Source of the DNA: a bacterium
Lineage (GTDB): Bacteria > UBA8248
DNA length: 64,000 bases
Direction: 5' to 3'
NCBI GenBank assembly: GCA_965204535.1
Contig: CBDBEV010000001.1
Location: 416,001 to 480,000, forward strand
Shown one piece after another: positions 55,392 to 64,000 of the stretch (its first letter is position 1; every line of letters starts with the position of its first letter). Both the position numbers and the translations under genes were made by a program. The notes below the pieces were generated by a model, which saw only the letters and a program-made list of their open reading frames with translations, was not told the origin of the DNA and did not search any database.

Positions 55392-55708
55392 ATGACGGCT
55401 AGCATCCTGGTATCGGCGGTGTTTTTAGTTTCCATCGCGATGGCGCCCGCCGCAGCGCGTGCGTCCAGTGACCCCCCCCGCCGCCCAAGACCGTGGTCGA
55501 AGCCTGCACCGAGAGCTGGCAGAACAGCGCTGCGGACTCGACCTGCTCGAACGAGCAATTCACGAAAGTGCTGAACTACAGATGCCGGGTCACGGCGTAT
55601 TGCCAGACGAACAGCGGCGGCACGAACAAGACATGGAAGACGGTGGAGCGCGACGACGCCGACAGGCTGGTGAACTGCAACGGCATCCTCAGGCTCGACA
55701 CCTGCTGA
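55392..55708 (+). pseudogene. Small secreted six-cysteine protein (copy 2), frameshifted in a C8 tract
   Basis: Signal MTASILVSAVFLVSIAMAPAAARA in one frame; KTVVEACTESWQNSAADSTC..NCNGILRLDTC in another; shift at 55472-55479. Confidence 0.8.
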
Positions 55709-55857
55709 CGCAGCGGGTAGCGGTGCGAAGGGGAGTGGTCGAAGCCTCGGCCTTCCTTTCCTTTCCCGTATATCGCCCTGAGGCGCGCAAAACGCGCATC
55801 GGCTCGATTTCCGGTTGTGCCCGCGAACGATGCGCTGATGAGGAGTGCGCCGCCCGA

Positions 55858-57057
55858 CTATGACCCGCGCAGGGCCGCGACGGGATCGAGCCTGGCCGCC
55901 TGCAATGCGGGATAGAACCCGAAGAACACGCCGGCGGCGCCGGCCACGCCCACCCCGAGACCCATGGCCGCCGCCGAGATCAGGAATGTCCAGCCCGTGA
56001 ACTGGCAGATCGCCCAGGTCGCCCCGATCCCCGCAGCGGTACCGACCATGCCGCCGGCCAGTGACAGCATGAGCGATTCGATCAGGAACTGGCTCTGGAT
56101 GTCCGTGCGGCGCGCACCGAGAGCGCGCCGGATGCCGATCTCCTGGCGCCGCTCGGCCACCGACACGAGCATGACGTTCATGACCCCTATCCCTCCTACG
56201 AGGAGCGAGATACCGCCCACCGAGCCGAGCATCAGCGCGAACAGCCGCATCTGCTTGTGCATCTGCTCGATCAATTGCTCGGCGCTTCGCACGCGGACTT
56301 CGAGGCCGGGCGCTTTGCGCCGGAAATATCCTTCGACCTCCCTCGTCGCCGCCACATGGTGCGCTCCGGGACTCATGCGCGCCGTGACATAGCGGATCCC
56401 GGGGGAGCGAAACACTCGCTGCGCCGTCGAGACGGGGATGATGATCGAGCGGTTCGCATCGAAACGGCGCTTGCCTTGCGGAGTGCGCTTCAGCACGCCC
56501 ACGACGGTATAGGCGGCGGCACCCGCCTTCACGGTCTCGCCGACGATACGCTCGAAGTCGGTTTCGCGCATGTCCGAGGCGACCTGCGCCCCGACCACGC
56601 AGAAATACCGGCGGTGGTCAAGATCGGAAATGTGCCTGCCCGCCTCGACCCGAAGCTTGTTGAGGTCGGCGAGGGCGGCGGTGGCGCCGATGAGCGTCAC
56701 GTCCTTGATCGTCCTTCCGGCGAAAATGATCTCTTCGTAGGAGGTGGCGTAGGGCGCCGCCGCTGCGATGGCGGGAAGCGCCGTGAGTCCGAGGGCTTTC
56801 TTCGGGGAGACGGCAATCGGGCCTGTTCCGGCGGCGCTCTGCTGGAGGCGGATGTTCAGAATGTCCGTGCCCAGTTCCCGGAAGTGCTTCAGGGCTTCGT
56901 CCCTGGCGGTCATCCCCACCGAAACCATCGCGATCACCGAACCGACGCCGATCACGATGCCGAGCAGGGCGAGCAGGCTGCGCTGGCGGGCGGTGGCCAG
57001 GCTGCTCGCCGCCTCCTTCAGATTGGCCTTGAGGAGAACAATCATCCAGCTCACCAA
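55858..57057 (-). CDS. MacB/FtsX-type ABC permease
   Basis: RSLLALLGIVIGVGSVIAM, periplasmic domain, GGIGVMNVMLVSVAERRQEIGIRRALGA, PA..AARLDP..AL. Confidence 0.93.
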   Translation of the reverse strand: MVSWMIVLLKANLKEAASSLATARQRSLLALLGIVIGVGSVIAMVSVGMTARDEALKHFRELGTDILNIRLQQSAAGTGPIAVSPKKALGLTALPAIAAAAPYATSYEEIIFAGRTIKDVTLIGATAALADLNKLRVEAGRHISDLDHRRYFCVVGAQVASDMRETDFERIVGETVKAGAAAYTVVGVLKRTPQGKRRFDANRSIIIPVSTAQRVFRSPGIRYVTARMSPGAHHVAATREVEGYFRRKAPGLEVRVRSAEQLIEQMHKQMRLFALMLGSVGGISLLVGGIGVMNVMLVSVAERRQEIGIRRALGARRTDIQSQFLIESLMLSLAGGMVGTAAGIGATWAICQFTGWTFLISAAAMGLGVGVAGAAGVFFGFYPALQAARLDPVAALRGS

Positions 57058-57801
57058 TCACGGCGCGCCGGGGACGGAGGCCCGCTCCGCCGGAAGCGCC
57101 GCTTCGCTCAGGACGCCGTCGAGAATCCGGGTGCGCCTCGCGCACTGGCGGGCAACATCCCGGTCATGGGTGATGATAATGGCGGTGAGCCCCTCTTCGG
57201 CGTTCAATCCGGCGAACAGCCCCATGATCTCGCCGCCTGTATCCGCGTCCAGGGCGCCGGTGGGTTCGTCGGCCAACAGGATATCCGGTTCGCCCACCAG
57301 CGCCCGCGCGATGGCGACGCGCTGCCGCTGGCCTCCGGAAAGCTCGGCGGGCCGATGGCCTGCGCGGTCCCCCATGCCCACCTTCTCGAGCATTTCGCGG
57401 GCCCGGCGCCGCATGATCGCCGCGCCTGCGCCCCGATACACCAGCGGAACGGCGACGTTCTCCCAGGCCGTCAGGCGCGGAAGCAGATGGAACGACTGGA
57501 AAACGAAGCCGATGCTGGCGTTGCGCAGGGCGGACAGTTCGGCGTCGCTCATCGCGCCGATCTCGCGCCCCTTGAGGAAGTAGGAGCCGGAGGTCGGCCG
57601 GTCGAGAAGGCCGATGATGTTCATCAGCGTTGATTTGCCGCAGCCCGACGGCCCCATGATCGACAAAAGATCGCCCTTGTACACGTCAAGCCTGATTTCC
57701 CGGAGTATCTCCGTCTCGATTGGCCCCGTGGCGTAGCTCTTGCGGATATCGACCAGGCTCAGCATGATCTCCGGGTGCGCTTCGCCGTTTCCTTCGTTCA
57801 T
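57058..57801 (-). CDS. MacB/LolD-type ABC ATPase
   Basis: GPSGCGKST, IGFVFQ, LSGGQRQRVAIARAL, LADEPTG, ITHD. Confidence 0.95.
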   Translation of the reverse strand: MNEGNGEAHPEIMLSLVDIRKSYATGPIETEILREIRLDVYKGDLLSIMGPSGCGKSTLMNIIGLLDRPTSGSYFLKGREIGAMSDAELSALRNASIGFVFQSFHLLPRLTAWENVAVPLVYRGAGAAIMRRRAREMLEKVGMGDRAGHRPAELSGGQRQRVAIARALVGEPDILLADEPTGALDADTGGEIMGLFAGLNAEEGLTAIIITHDRDVARQCARRTRILDGVLSEAALPAERASVPGAP

Positions 57802-57804
57802 CGC

Positions 57805-59649
57805 TTATCGACCTCCGATCAGGATTTCATCGCCGGGAGATATCCCGTCGATGATCTCGACCGAGTCCACGGTGGTCATGCCGGTGACCACCTCGACCGC
57901 CCTGGCCTCGCCGGAGCCGCGGTCCCTGACCCACAGCCAGGGCCGGCCGTCCTGCAACTCCACCGCCCCGACGGGAATCAGCAATGCGTTCTCCTTTTCG
58001 TAGACGACCACCTCGACCCTGGCGGACATGCCCAGGCGCAGCAGCCGGCGCACCTCCTCCGTCAGGGACTCCACGACGGCGGCGACCTCGAAAGTCGGCA
58101 GTCCCCTGCGGCCGGCGGCGGGGAGGATGGCTTGCGAAGAAACGCGGTTGACCTCGCCGCGCAGCACGACGCCGGGAAAGGCGTCGCCCACGACCCTGGC
58201 CGATTGGCCCGGGCGGATGCGCGTTACGTCCACCTCGTCCACATGGCCGATGACCGTCAGGCCCTCGAGGTCGCCGATCGTCAGCAGCAGGTCTCCCCGC
58301 TCGACGAACGCGCCTCTCGCCAGCTTGTCGCTCTCCTCGCCTGGACGCGCCGCCGACTTTTCTCCCTTCGAATGCAGGATTACCCCGGACACCGGTGCGG
58401 TCACCCTCGCCTTGCTCAGGATTCCCTCCAGGCGTTTCAGCCGGGCGCGCGCGTTGGCCAGTTCCAGCCGCGCCACGTCGAGTTCGGCGGCGCCCCTTGC
58501 CAGGACCGCCTCGAGGTCCATCTCCGCCGCCTGGAGGTCCAGCAACTGGTTGCGGTGCTCCCGCTCGGCCGCCTCGTGCTCCGACGCCGGGATGATGCCC
58601 CGCTTCAGCAGGAAGGCGGTTTCCGAGAGCCGGTTCTTCAGAGACTCCAGCGCGATCCTCCTCTTGCTCACGGCCCTCCGGGCGCGTGATACTTCGGTGT
58701 GATTGGACCAGTCCTTCAGCTCCTCGACCCGGTCGCGCGCCTTGATATGGGCGACCTGCGCCTCGCGATGGCTGATCCGAACCTCGGCAACGTCCATGTC
58801 CAGCAGTCGCTGGCCCTTGGCCACTCGTTGGCCCGGCCGGACGTGCACCGCATCCACCTTGCCCTGCATCGGGCTGACGACCTCGACCTCCCGTCTCGGC
58901 GCGAGCCGCCCGAGAATGGTGACGGTCGAGGAAATGCGCCGCGGCTCGACCACCAGAAGCCGGAGATCTTCCGGGGCGGGCGGAGCCGGGACGGCGGCTC
59001 CGCTTCCGGCCGGCGGGCCGGCGCCCGTGCCGACGTCCCAGAAGTACAGGCCGATCGCGGCGAACAGCATCACCAACGCCAGCACCGCGCCCGTCCTGAC
59101 GACACGGATATTCTTCGAGGCTACGCCCAGTTTCCGGCTCGTCTCCTCCAGCTTCAGATATGCTTCCCGGAGTTCGGCGTGCTTCGCCTCCATCTCCCTG
59201 GCCAGACGAAGTTCGGTTTCCCGCAGCTCCCTGATCTCGGTGATGTCGCTGAACAACGAGATCACGCCAATCCTGGCGGTCTCGCCGCTGCGCTCATCCC
59301 TCAAATACGTCGTCGCCATGGACAGGGAGCGTGTCTTGCCGCCGAGGGTCGCCTCCACCACGCGCTGATGGACCATGGACGAGTCGTAGACGGCGTCGAA
59401 GATCACGTCGGTGAATTCGTCCAGGCCTTCTTTTTGCGAGAAAACCTCGAAGAAGTTGCGGCCGATCACCGCCTCGCCCGTCATGTTGCAGATCTCAGCG
59501 GCCGCCGCGTTGAAACTCGTGATGACTCCGTCGGCGTCGATCGACATGACCCCGCTCGCCACGTTGTCCAGGACATTCTTGTAGATGAGATCAGCGGACG
59601 ACCGGTCGCCGCTCCCGGGCGCTCGCCTCCTGTCCTCCTCGCCGCTCAC
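57805..59649 (-). CDS. Periplasmic adaptor (MacA/HlyD-like) with an N-terminal PAS domain and coiled coil
   Basis: GTG start overlaps the TolC-family stop (GTGA); PAS VLDNVASGVMSIDADGVITSFN..IGRNF..FSDITE; TM helix; SPMQGKV..V.PGQRV.KGQ, APVSGVI, VDEVDV..IRPGQ, LRLGMSA, GISPGD. Confidence 0.85.
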   Translation of the reverse strand: MSGEEDRRRAPGSGDRSSADLIYKNVLDNVASGVMSIDADGVITSFNAAAAEICNMTGEAVIGRNFFEVFSQKEGLDEFTDVIFDAVYDSSMVHQRVVEATLGGKTRSLSMATTYLRDERSGETARIGVISLFSDITEIRELRETELRLAREMEAKHAELREAYLKLEETSRKLGVASKNIRVVRTGAVLALVMLFAAIGLYFWDVGTGAGPPAGSGAAVPAPPAPEDLRLLVVEPRRISSTVTILGRLAPRREVEVVSPMQGKVDAVHVRPGQRVAKGQRLLDMDVAEVRISHREAQVAHIKARDRVEELKDWSNHTEVSRARRAVSKRRIALESLKNRLSETAFLLKRGIIPASEHEAAEREHRNQLLDLQAAEMDLEAVLARGAAELDVARLELANARARLKRLEGILSKARVTAPVSGVILHSKGEKSAARPGEESDKLARGAFVERGDLLLTIGDLEGLTVIGHVDEVDVTRIRPGQSARVVGDAFPGVVLRGEVNRVSSQAILPAAGRRGLPTFEVAAVVESLTEEVRRLLRLGMSARVEVVVYEKENALLIPVGAVELQDGRPWLWVRDRGSGEARAVEVVTGMTTVDSVEIIDGISPGDEILIGGR

Positions 59650-61145
59650 CGGGCGCCCTCCCGGTCCACCTTGCCGACCTCGATGTTCCAGCGCTTGAGC
59701 GTGGTGCCCAGGGTGCGGTCCAGCGCCGTCAGGGCGGCCCGATGGGCTATGATCGAGTCCAGCTCGCTGTTCTGGGCCGACACCAGATCGTCCTCGAAGG
59801 CGACCAGGCGGAAGTTCGACGACAACCCCAGGCGCAGCTTTTCCTTTTCGATCTCCGTCTTCTGCTCCACGAGTTCGCGGGCGGAGCGCGCCAGTTCCAC
59901 CTGCCGGCCCGACAGTTCCACTTCCCGGATGGCGTTGCTCACCTCGATGTCGATTCGCTGGCGCAGGTTCGCAAGGACGTTGCGGGACTTCTCGAGTGCG
60001 ACGGCCGCCTTCACGTGTTCGTATTTCCCGGGATCCGTCGCCGCCCGGCCTATCGGGACGCCGAGATACAGCCGGGCGCCGTAGTCGGTGTCGTCGAGAC
60101 GGCCCGCGGCGGCGCCCGGGGTCCTGCCCGTACCGGAGAATTTCGTCGACAACTCCACCGAGAGATCCCACAGGCGTTCGTTGGCGGCCACCTTCGCCCG
60201 GATTTCGGCGATCCTGACGAGCACAAGCGCCCGCAGGTAATCCGGGCGATGCAGACGGGCCGTCTCGATGCCGTCCGCCGCGTCGGTTCGCGGCGGCTCC
60301 TCCTCAAGGGCGCCGGCGAGGGCGTCCGTAAGCCGGAGCCGGGTCCGGCTGTCGATGTCGAGGATGTCCGCCAGCGCCAGGCGGGCGGCGTCGAGGCTGT
60401 TCCGCGCCGAGAGCAGACGCAACTCGCGGCTGGCGATATCGGCTTGCGTCTCCACGATGTCGCGCTCGGCCATCCGGCCGGTCTGCACGAGCAGCTCGTT
60501 CACCCTCAGGAGATCACGGGCGCGCTCGAGGGACTTGGCCCGGATTTCCACGCGTCGCTCGGCCTGCATGTAATCGCGATAGCTCTCGACGACCGAGGAA
60601 ACGACTTCGATGATCGTCTGCCTGAGGGCCAGAATATTGATCTCCTCCGCAAGCCGGGCGGTTTTGACCGAGGCCGTGTTGACCCCGGCGCCCGCTCCGC
60701 GCAGCAGGGGCTGCGTGAACGTGAACTCCAGCGCGCTCGAATACCGCGGCTGCGATGAAGCGCCTCCGCTCCTGCGGCCGCCGCTCCAGGTGACCCTGAA
60801 TGTCCCGCCGGCGGGCAGGCGCACCGTGGCCCTCGACGACACGCCCGCCGCGCCGGTGTCCGTGGACGGCGCGGTGCGGCTTTTTTCGATATAGGGGCCG
60901 ATGGTCACGTGCGGACGGAACTTGTTCTCCGCCACCCGGAGAGAGAAGCGTTCCGCGACGCGATCGAGCCGCGCGTTGATCAGTTCGCGGTTGTTGCGCA
61001 TGGCCAGGGAAACGGCCTCCCCGAGGGAAAGGTGGAGATGCTCCGTCATATCGCCTTCGGGCTCTTTTCCGAACCCCGGGGCCGCACAGCAGAACAGGCT
61101 GGCCGCGGCGATGCAGGAAGCCGCCTTTGCCGAGAAAGTCGTCAC
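59646..61145 (-). CDS. TolC-family outer membrane channel
   Basis: Signal peptide, LSLGEAVSLAMRNN, FTQPLLRG, second OEP repeat ..E.EKLRLGLSSNF; GTG start after GGAGA. Confidence 0.9.
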   Translation of the reverse strand: MTTFSAKAASCIAAASLFCCAAPGFGKEPEGDMTEHLHLSLGEAVSLAMRNNRELINARLDRVAERFSLRVAENKFRPHVTIGPYIEKSRTAPSTDTGAAGVSSRATVRLPAGGTFRVTWSGGRRSGGASSQPRYSSALEFTFTQPLLRGAGAGVNTASVKTARLAEEINILALRQTIIEVVSSVVESYRDYMQAERRVEIRAKSLERARDLLRVNELLVQTGRMAERDIVETQADIASRELRLLSARNSLDAARLALADILDIDSRTRLRLTDALAGALEEEPPRTDAADGIETARLHRPDYLRALVLVRIAEIRAKVAANERLWDLSVELSTKFSGTGRTPGAAAGRLDDTDYGARLYLGVPIGRAATDPGKYEHVKAAVALEKSRNVLANLRQRIDIEVSNAIREVELSGRQVELARSARELVEQKTEIEKEKLRLGLSSNFRLVAFEDDLVSAQNSELDSIIAHRAALTALDRTLGTTLKRWNIEVGKVDREGAR

Positions 61146-61325
61146 GACCGTGTTTCTCCGGATTCGACAGCAACTCGCCGGGATGCGCAGGAGTTGTACG
61201 CAGGATTCGCGGACCCCCAACTAACGCCTTCCTGCACCGGACGGCTCTCATGGTTCGTTGCCCGGCCCCGCAGGGATTTCGCGCCCGGCCCGCCATCCCC
61301 GCCCATATGATCGCCGGCCCGCGGT

Positions 61326-61470
61326 TCAGCAACTACCGACCTTCAGCCAGCCGCTGCAGTTGAGCAGCCGCGCGGCATCCTCCGGGTCCATCACTTTCCA
61401 GGAGCGTCTCGTACCGCCTCCCACCCGGCACCTTGAGTACAAGTACCTGGTGGCTTGATCGGCTTGGGAT
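61326..61470 (-). pseudogene. Deleted relic of the six-cysteine protein (copy 3)
   Basis: Manual translation SQADQATRYLYSRCRVGGGTRRSWKVMDPEDAARLLNCSGWLKVGSC*; no start codon. Confidence 0.65.
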
Positions 61471-61476
61471 CGTCCC

Positions 61477-61788
61477 TCAGCAGCTCAGCTTGAGCCTGCC
61501 GTTGCAGTTCACCACCGAACCTGCATTGTCCGGGTCGAGATCAATCGTGGTATACACGTTTACGTATTCCGACTTGCGGCAGTTTGCCCCGATTCTGCAC
61601 TCGCCGTAATTCACCTCCCGGAACCCCTCATTCCAGCAGGTCGAATTCGCGGAACTTGTCTCATAATTATCCTCGCAAGTTTCAGCCACGGACTTTGGCG
61701 GCGGCGGGGAAGTGCCAGATATTGCCGGGTTTGTGGATGAGGTCAGCAAAACAACCAAGGTAAACACAAGCACAAGTTTGGGCATCAT
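61477..61788 (-). CDS. Small secreted six-cysteine protein (copy 4)
   Basis: GGAG RBS, signal ending AIS then GTSPPPPK, same Cys spacing, TTIDLD..VVNCNGRLKLSC. Confidence 0.82.
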   Translation of the reverse strand: MMPKLVLVFTLVVLLTSSTNPAISGTSPPPPKSVAETCEDNYETSSANSTCWNEGFREVNYGECRIGANCRKSEYVNVYTTIDLDPDNAGSVVNCNGRLKLSC

Positions 61789-61838
61789 GTTCTTTTCTCC
61801 GCATCCTCAATAAGTCCGTTCGGGCTTGCAGCGCCTTG

Positions 61839-62051
61839 TCAGCAACTCCCGACCTGCAGCACCAATCGATTGCAGTGATGTATCTTGCCGGCATCCCCTT
61901 CCGACACACCAGTGATGATCGCATCCCCCCTGTCGTCGCCGGTAGTGGTCTGGTATGTACATCGGGCACCGAAATTGCACTTGTTGTCAGTCACCCACGT
62001 ATTTCTCCGTTGGCAGGTCTGGCTGGCAGGCGGTTCAATGAGCGGTTCAAT
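61839..62051 (-). pseudogene. Unannotated six-cysteine domain (copy 5); start and first Cys are out of frame
   Basis: Manual translation ..PASQTCQRRNTWVTDNKCNFGARC..GDAGKIHHCNRLVLQVGSC*. Confidence 0.7.
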
Positions 62052-62055
62052 TTAT

Positions 62056-62415
62056 CTAGCACGCTACCGTTTGCATGGTTTTTTTATCGATACAGTTTTG
62101 GCACGCCCCTTCGACATAATCTCTGTTGCAATTACTCAAGTTCCCCGCATTGTTGGCATCCACAACAATACTCGTACTCTTGAACTCATTTGCGGTGTTG
62201 GTCTCACAGCTCGCGCTTACGCGACAATTGTTTTCGTCAACCTTGGTAAACGTCTCCCCATTGCAGGTATGACGCGCAGACGATGCGTTATTATAGTTTT
62301 GCTGGCAAAAGAACACCGTATCCCGAACTGGCTGTGGATCCCCCGCCGCATTCGCTGTTGAAAAAGACCCTGCCGTCACCGTTGCCAAAATCACCATCAT
62401 GACTAGACTTTTCAT
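62056..62415 (-). CDS. Small secreted six-cysteine protein (copy 6)
   Basis: AAGGAG RBS, MKSLVMMVILATVTAGSFSTANAAG signal, CQQNYNNASSARHTC..CRVSASC..NCNR..C. Confidence 0.8.
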   Translation of the reverse strand: MKSLVMMVILATVTAGSFSTANAAGDPQPVRDTVFFCQQNYNNASSARHTCNGETFTKVDENNCRVSASCETNTANEFKSTSIVVDANNAGNLSNCNRDYVEGACQNCIDKKTMQTVAC

Positions 62416-63522
62416 GTGATATCTCCTTATATTCATCCGATAACTGCCTGCATCGCGCGCTGATGCCGGCCTCTTCTTCGGATGACGGGCTGTAGCCGAT
62501 GCCGCCGCCGTGCGCAAGCCCCGGCGGGCTCCCCTCGGGCAATGTCTCATTTTCGGATATCCCTCCCCAAGAAACATCTGTTCGTTTATTACTCAAATTT
62601 TACCAAAGTGGTATATCTTTTTCGTATTGCTTATCCCTGATTTCATATATTTTTCGTGTAAAATGCATTTTTTCTTGCAAAAACAGCGGCTGGGACCGAA
62701 TGGCGCATGAACTTTAGCCGATTCCTCAATGACTTGACCGCGACCCCTGACTGACCGGCCGCCGTGGCGTTTCTCTCCCGGTTCTGCGGTTGTTGCTCCC
62801 CAGATTGAAGACAGTGTCCGGCCAGCCGGCTGCGAGCGTAAGCGAGCCCCGTTCCTGTTCTTTGAAGGTCGATACTTTCACAGTCTCATACGCGCCCGGC
62901 TCCGGGGGGCGCGGCCTCTCGCTGCGGGCGGGCTCCTCCTGGGGCGCCTCCGCCGGCGGTGCGAAGCGGCGGGAGCGGGGGACGGCGCCGGGAAGGCCGG
63001 ATAAGCGATGCGGCACATATTTGCGACTCTGGCGGCAATCGTCATCGGGGGGGATACGCGACGCGCTGCTGAGACGCACCGGAAGGGAAAAGGACTGGGG
63101 GAAAAGCATGACGGATCCCCGGAGGCTCGGGTCAAGGTTCTTGTGACGATATGCGCTGTTCTCACAGCAGAGCGCCCGAACGGCAAGACAATACATGAGG
63201 TGGTTTCTCGAACCCGGCGGGAGGCGGGCCTGAAGCGACCGGCTGAATACAGAACAGGCGCCGCTGAGGCCCTGCAGCCGATTTTTCGGGAACGTTGCGA
63301 AATTCCTGCAGGAGCAGACGGACAAGCGATATCCAGAAGTACACGATAAAAACATTAAATAAAAGAATATAACACGATTAAGATATATAAAAGATGTACA
63401 GCTTTTGGTAAGATGAGGACGATAAACTGGAACAGATGTCCCATCGTGAGAAGTAGCCGGGATGAGCGCACCGCCCGGCTCTTTTTCGGGAAATCGCAAT
63501 AGCGGGAAGGGAGGATGAAACG

Positions 63523-64000
63523 ATGGCTCACATGAGGATTGCGGCTGCGATGGTTCTGGTTTCGATGCTGTGCGCCGCGGAGTCTCAAGCGCAGTGGTAT
63601 GTCTCGATGAACGGCGGCGTGTCCTCTCAAACCGGTGTCCAGGCGGTGGGAGATTACACCCATCGTGTCACCGGCCAGTCCTTGACGGACATCAAGGTGG
63701 ATGTAGATACCGGATTCAGGATAGGCGGCGCGGTGGGTCACTCCATGGGGGCTGTCAGGGTGGAGGGGGAGGCATTTTACGACAAAGCCGACTATGAGGC
63801 GTCTTTGGTTGCAGGAACGTCAGGAAGAGTCGAAGCCTCCAATGACCGCAAGCAGTGGGGCATCCTGCTGAACATGTGGTACGATTTTGCATGGCAAGAC
63901 GGGATGACACCCTACGTGGGAGGTGGTTTGGGGTATCATCGGAGCGTGAACGGAACCCCAGCCGGTGATGTCGTGAATGACGGCGCCATGTGGCAAATCG
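63523..64000 (+). CDS. Small outer-membrane beta-barrel protein (OmpA/Opa/Msp-like), partial
   Basis: Manual translation: signal ..AESQA-QWYVSMNGG..GFRIGGAVG..RVEGE..LLNMWYDF..TPYVGGGLG; GGGAGG RBS; runs off window. Confidence 0.85.
   Translation, partial: MAHMRIAAAMVLVSMLCAAESQAQWYVSMNGGVSSQTGVQAVGDYTHRVTGQSLTDIKVDVDTGFRIGGAVGHSMGAVRVEGEAFYDKADYEASLVAGTSGRVEASNDRKQWGILLNMWYDFAWQDGMTPYVGGGLGYHRSVNGTPAGDVVNDGAMWQI

Noticed and set aside
59650-60171. N-terminal 174 aa of the 788-aa adaptor ORF
   Set aside because: It overlaps the TolC-family gene in another frame; the GTG at 59649 overlapping that gene's stop is the plausible start.
52394-62415. Cys-rich proteins as RiPP/bacteriocin precursors
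   Set aside because: They have Sec-type signals rather than double-glycine leaders, and no modification enzymes or peptidase-ABC transporter are present.
62726-63349. ORFs 62726-63499 (-) and 63008-63349 (+)
   Set aside because: No recognisable domain or convincing RBS; probably debris between two promoter modules.

Overview
GC-rich bacterial chromosome segment; gene order and content suggest a Nitrospinota/Tectomicrobia/Deltaproteobacteria-like organism (inference only). Bases 1 to ~42 kb are almost all minus-strand housekeeping genes: the head of the dcw cluster, pan/fol/purH/ilvA, rnpB, tRNA-Ile2, rpoD-dnaG-mutS2, the his operon, murA-prmC-prfA-rpmE-rho-coaE, a DUF507 pair, WYL and PHP genes, tRNA-Gly and the glycine cleavage genes. 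These are interrupted by nested palindromic/MITE-like repeats and a 1.1-kb non-autonomous IS1-like element. From ~43.7 kb to the end lies an accessory island. It opens with a Cre-like recombinase whose promoter sits between two inverted lox-like sites, followed by two TbpB-barrel surface proteins and sensor-kinase relics. The main candidate system is a TolC, PAS-fused periplasmic adaptor, ATPase and MacB-like permease exporter with an adjacent Lnt-type acyltransferase. It is surrounded by six copies (intact, frameshifted or relic) of a small signal-peptide, six-cysteine domain with a cyanovirin-N-like pattern. This resembles an Aat (dispersin/CexE)-type composite secretion system with a different cargo family, and four homologous promoter modules suggest co-regulation. 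All calls are by eye; no searches were run.
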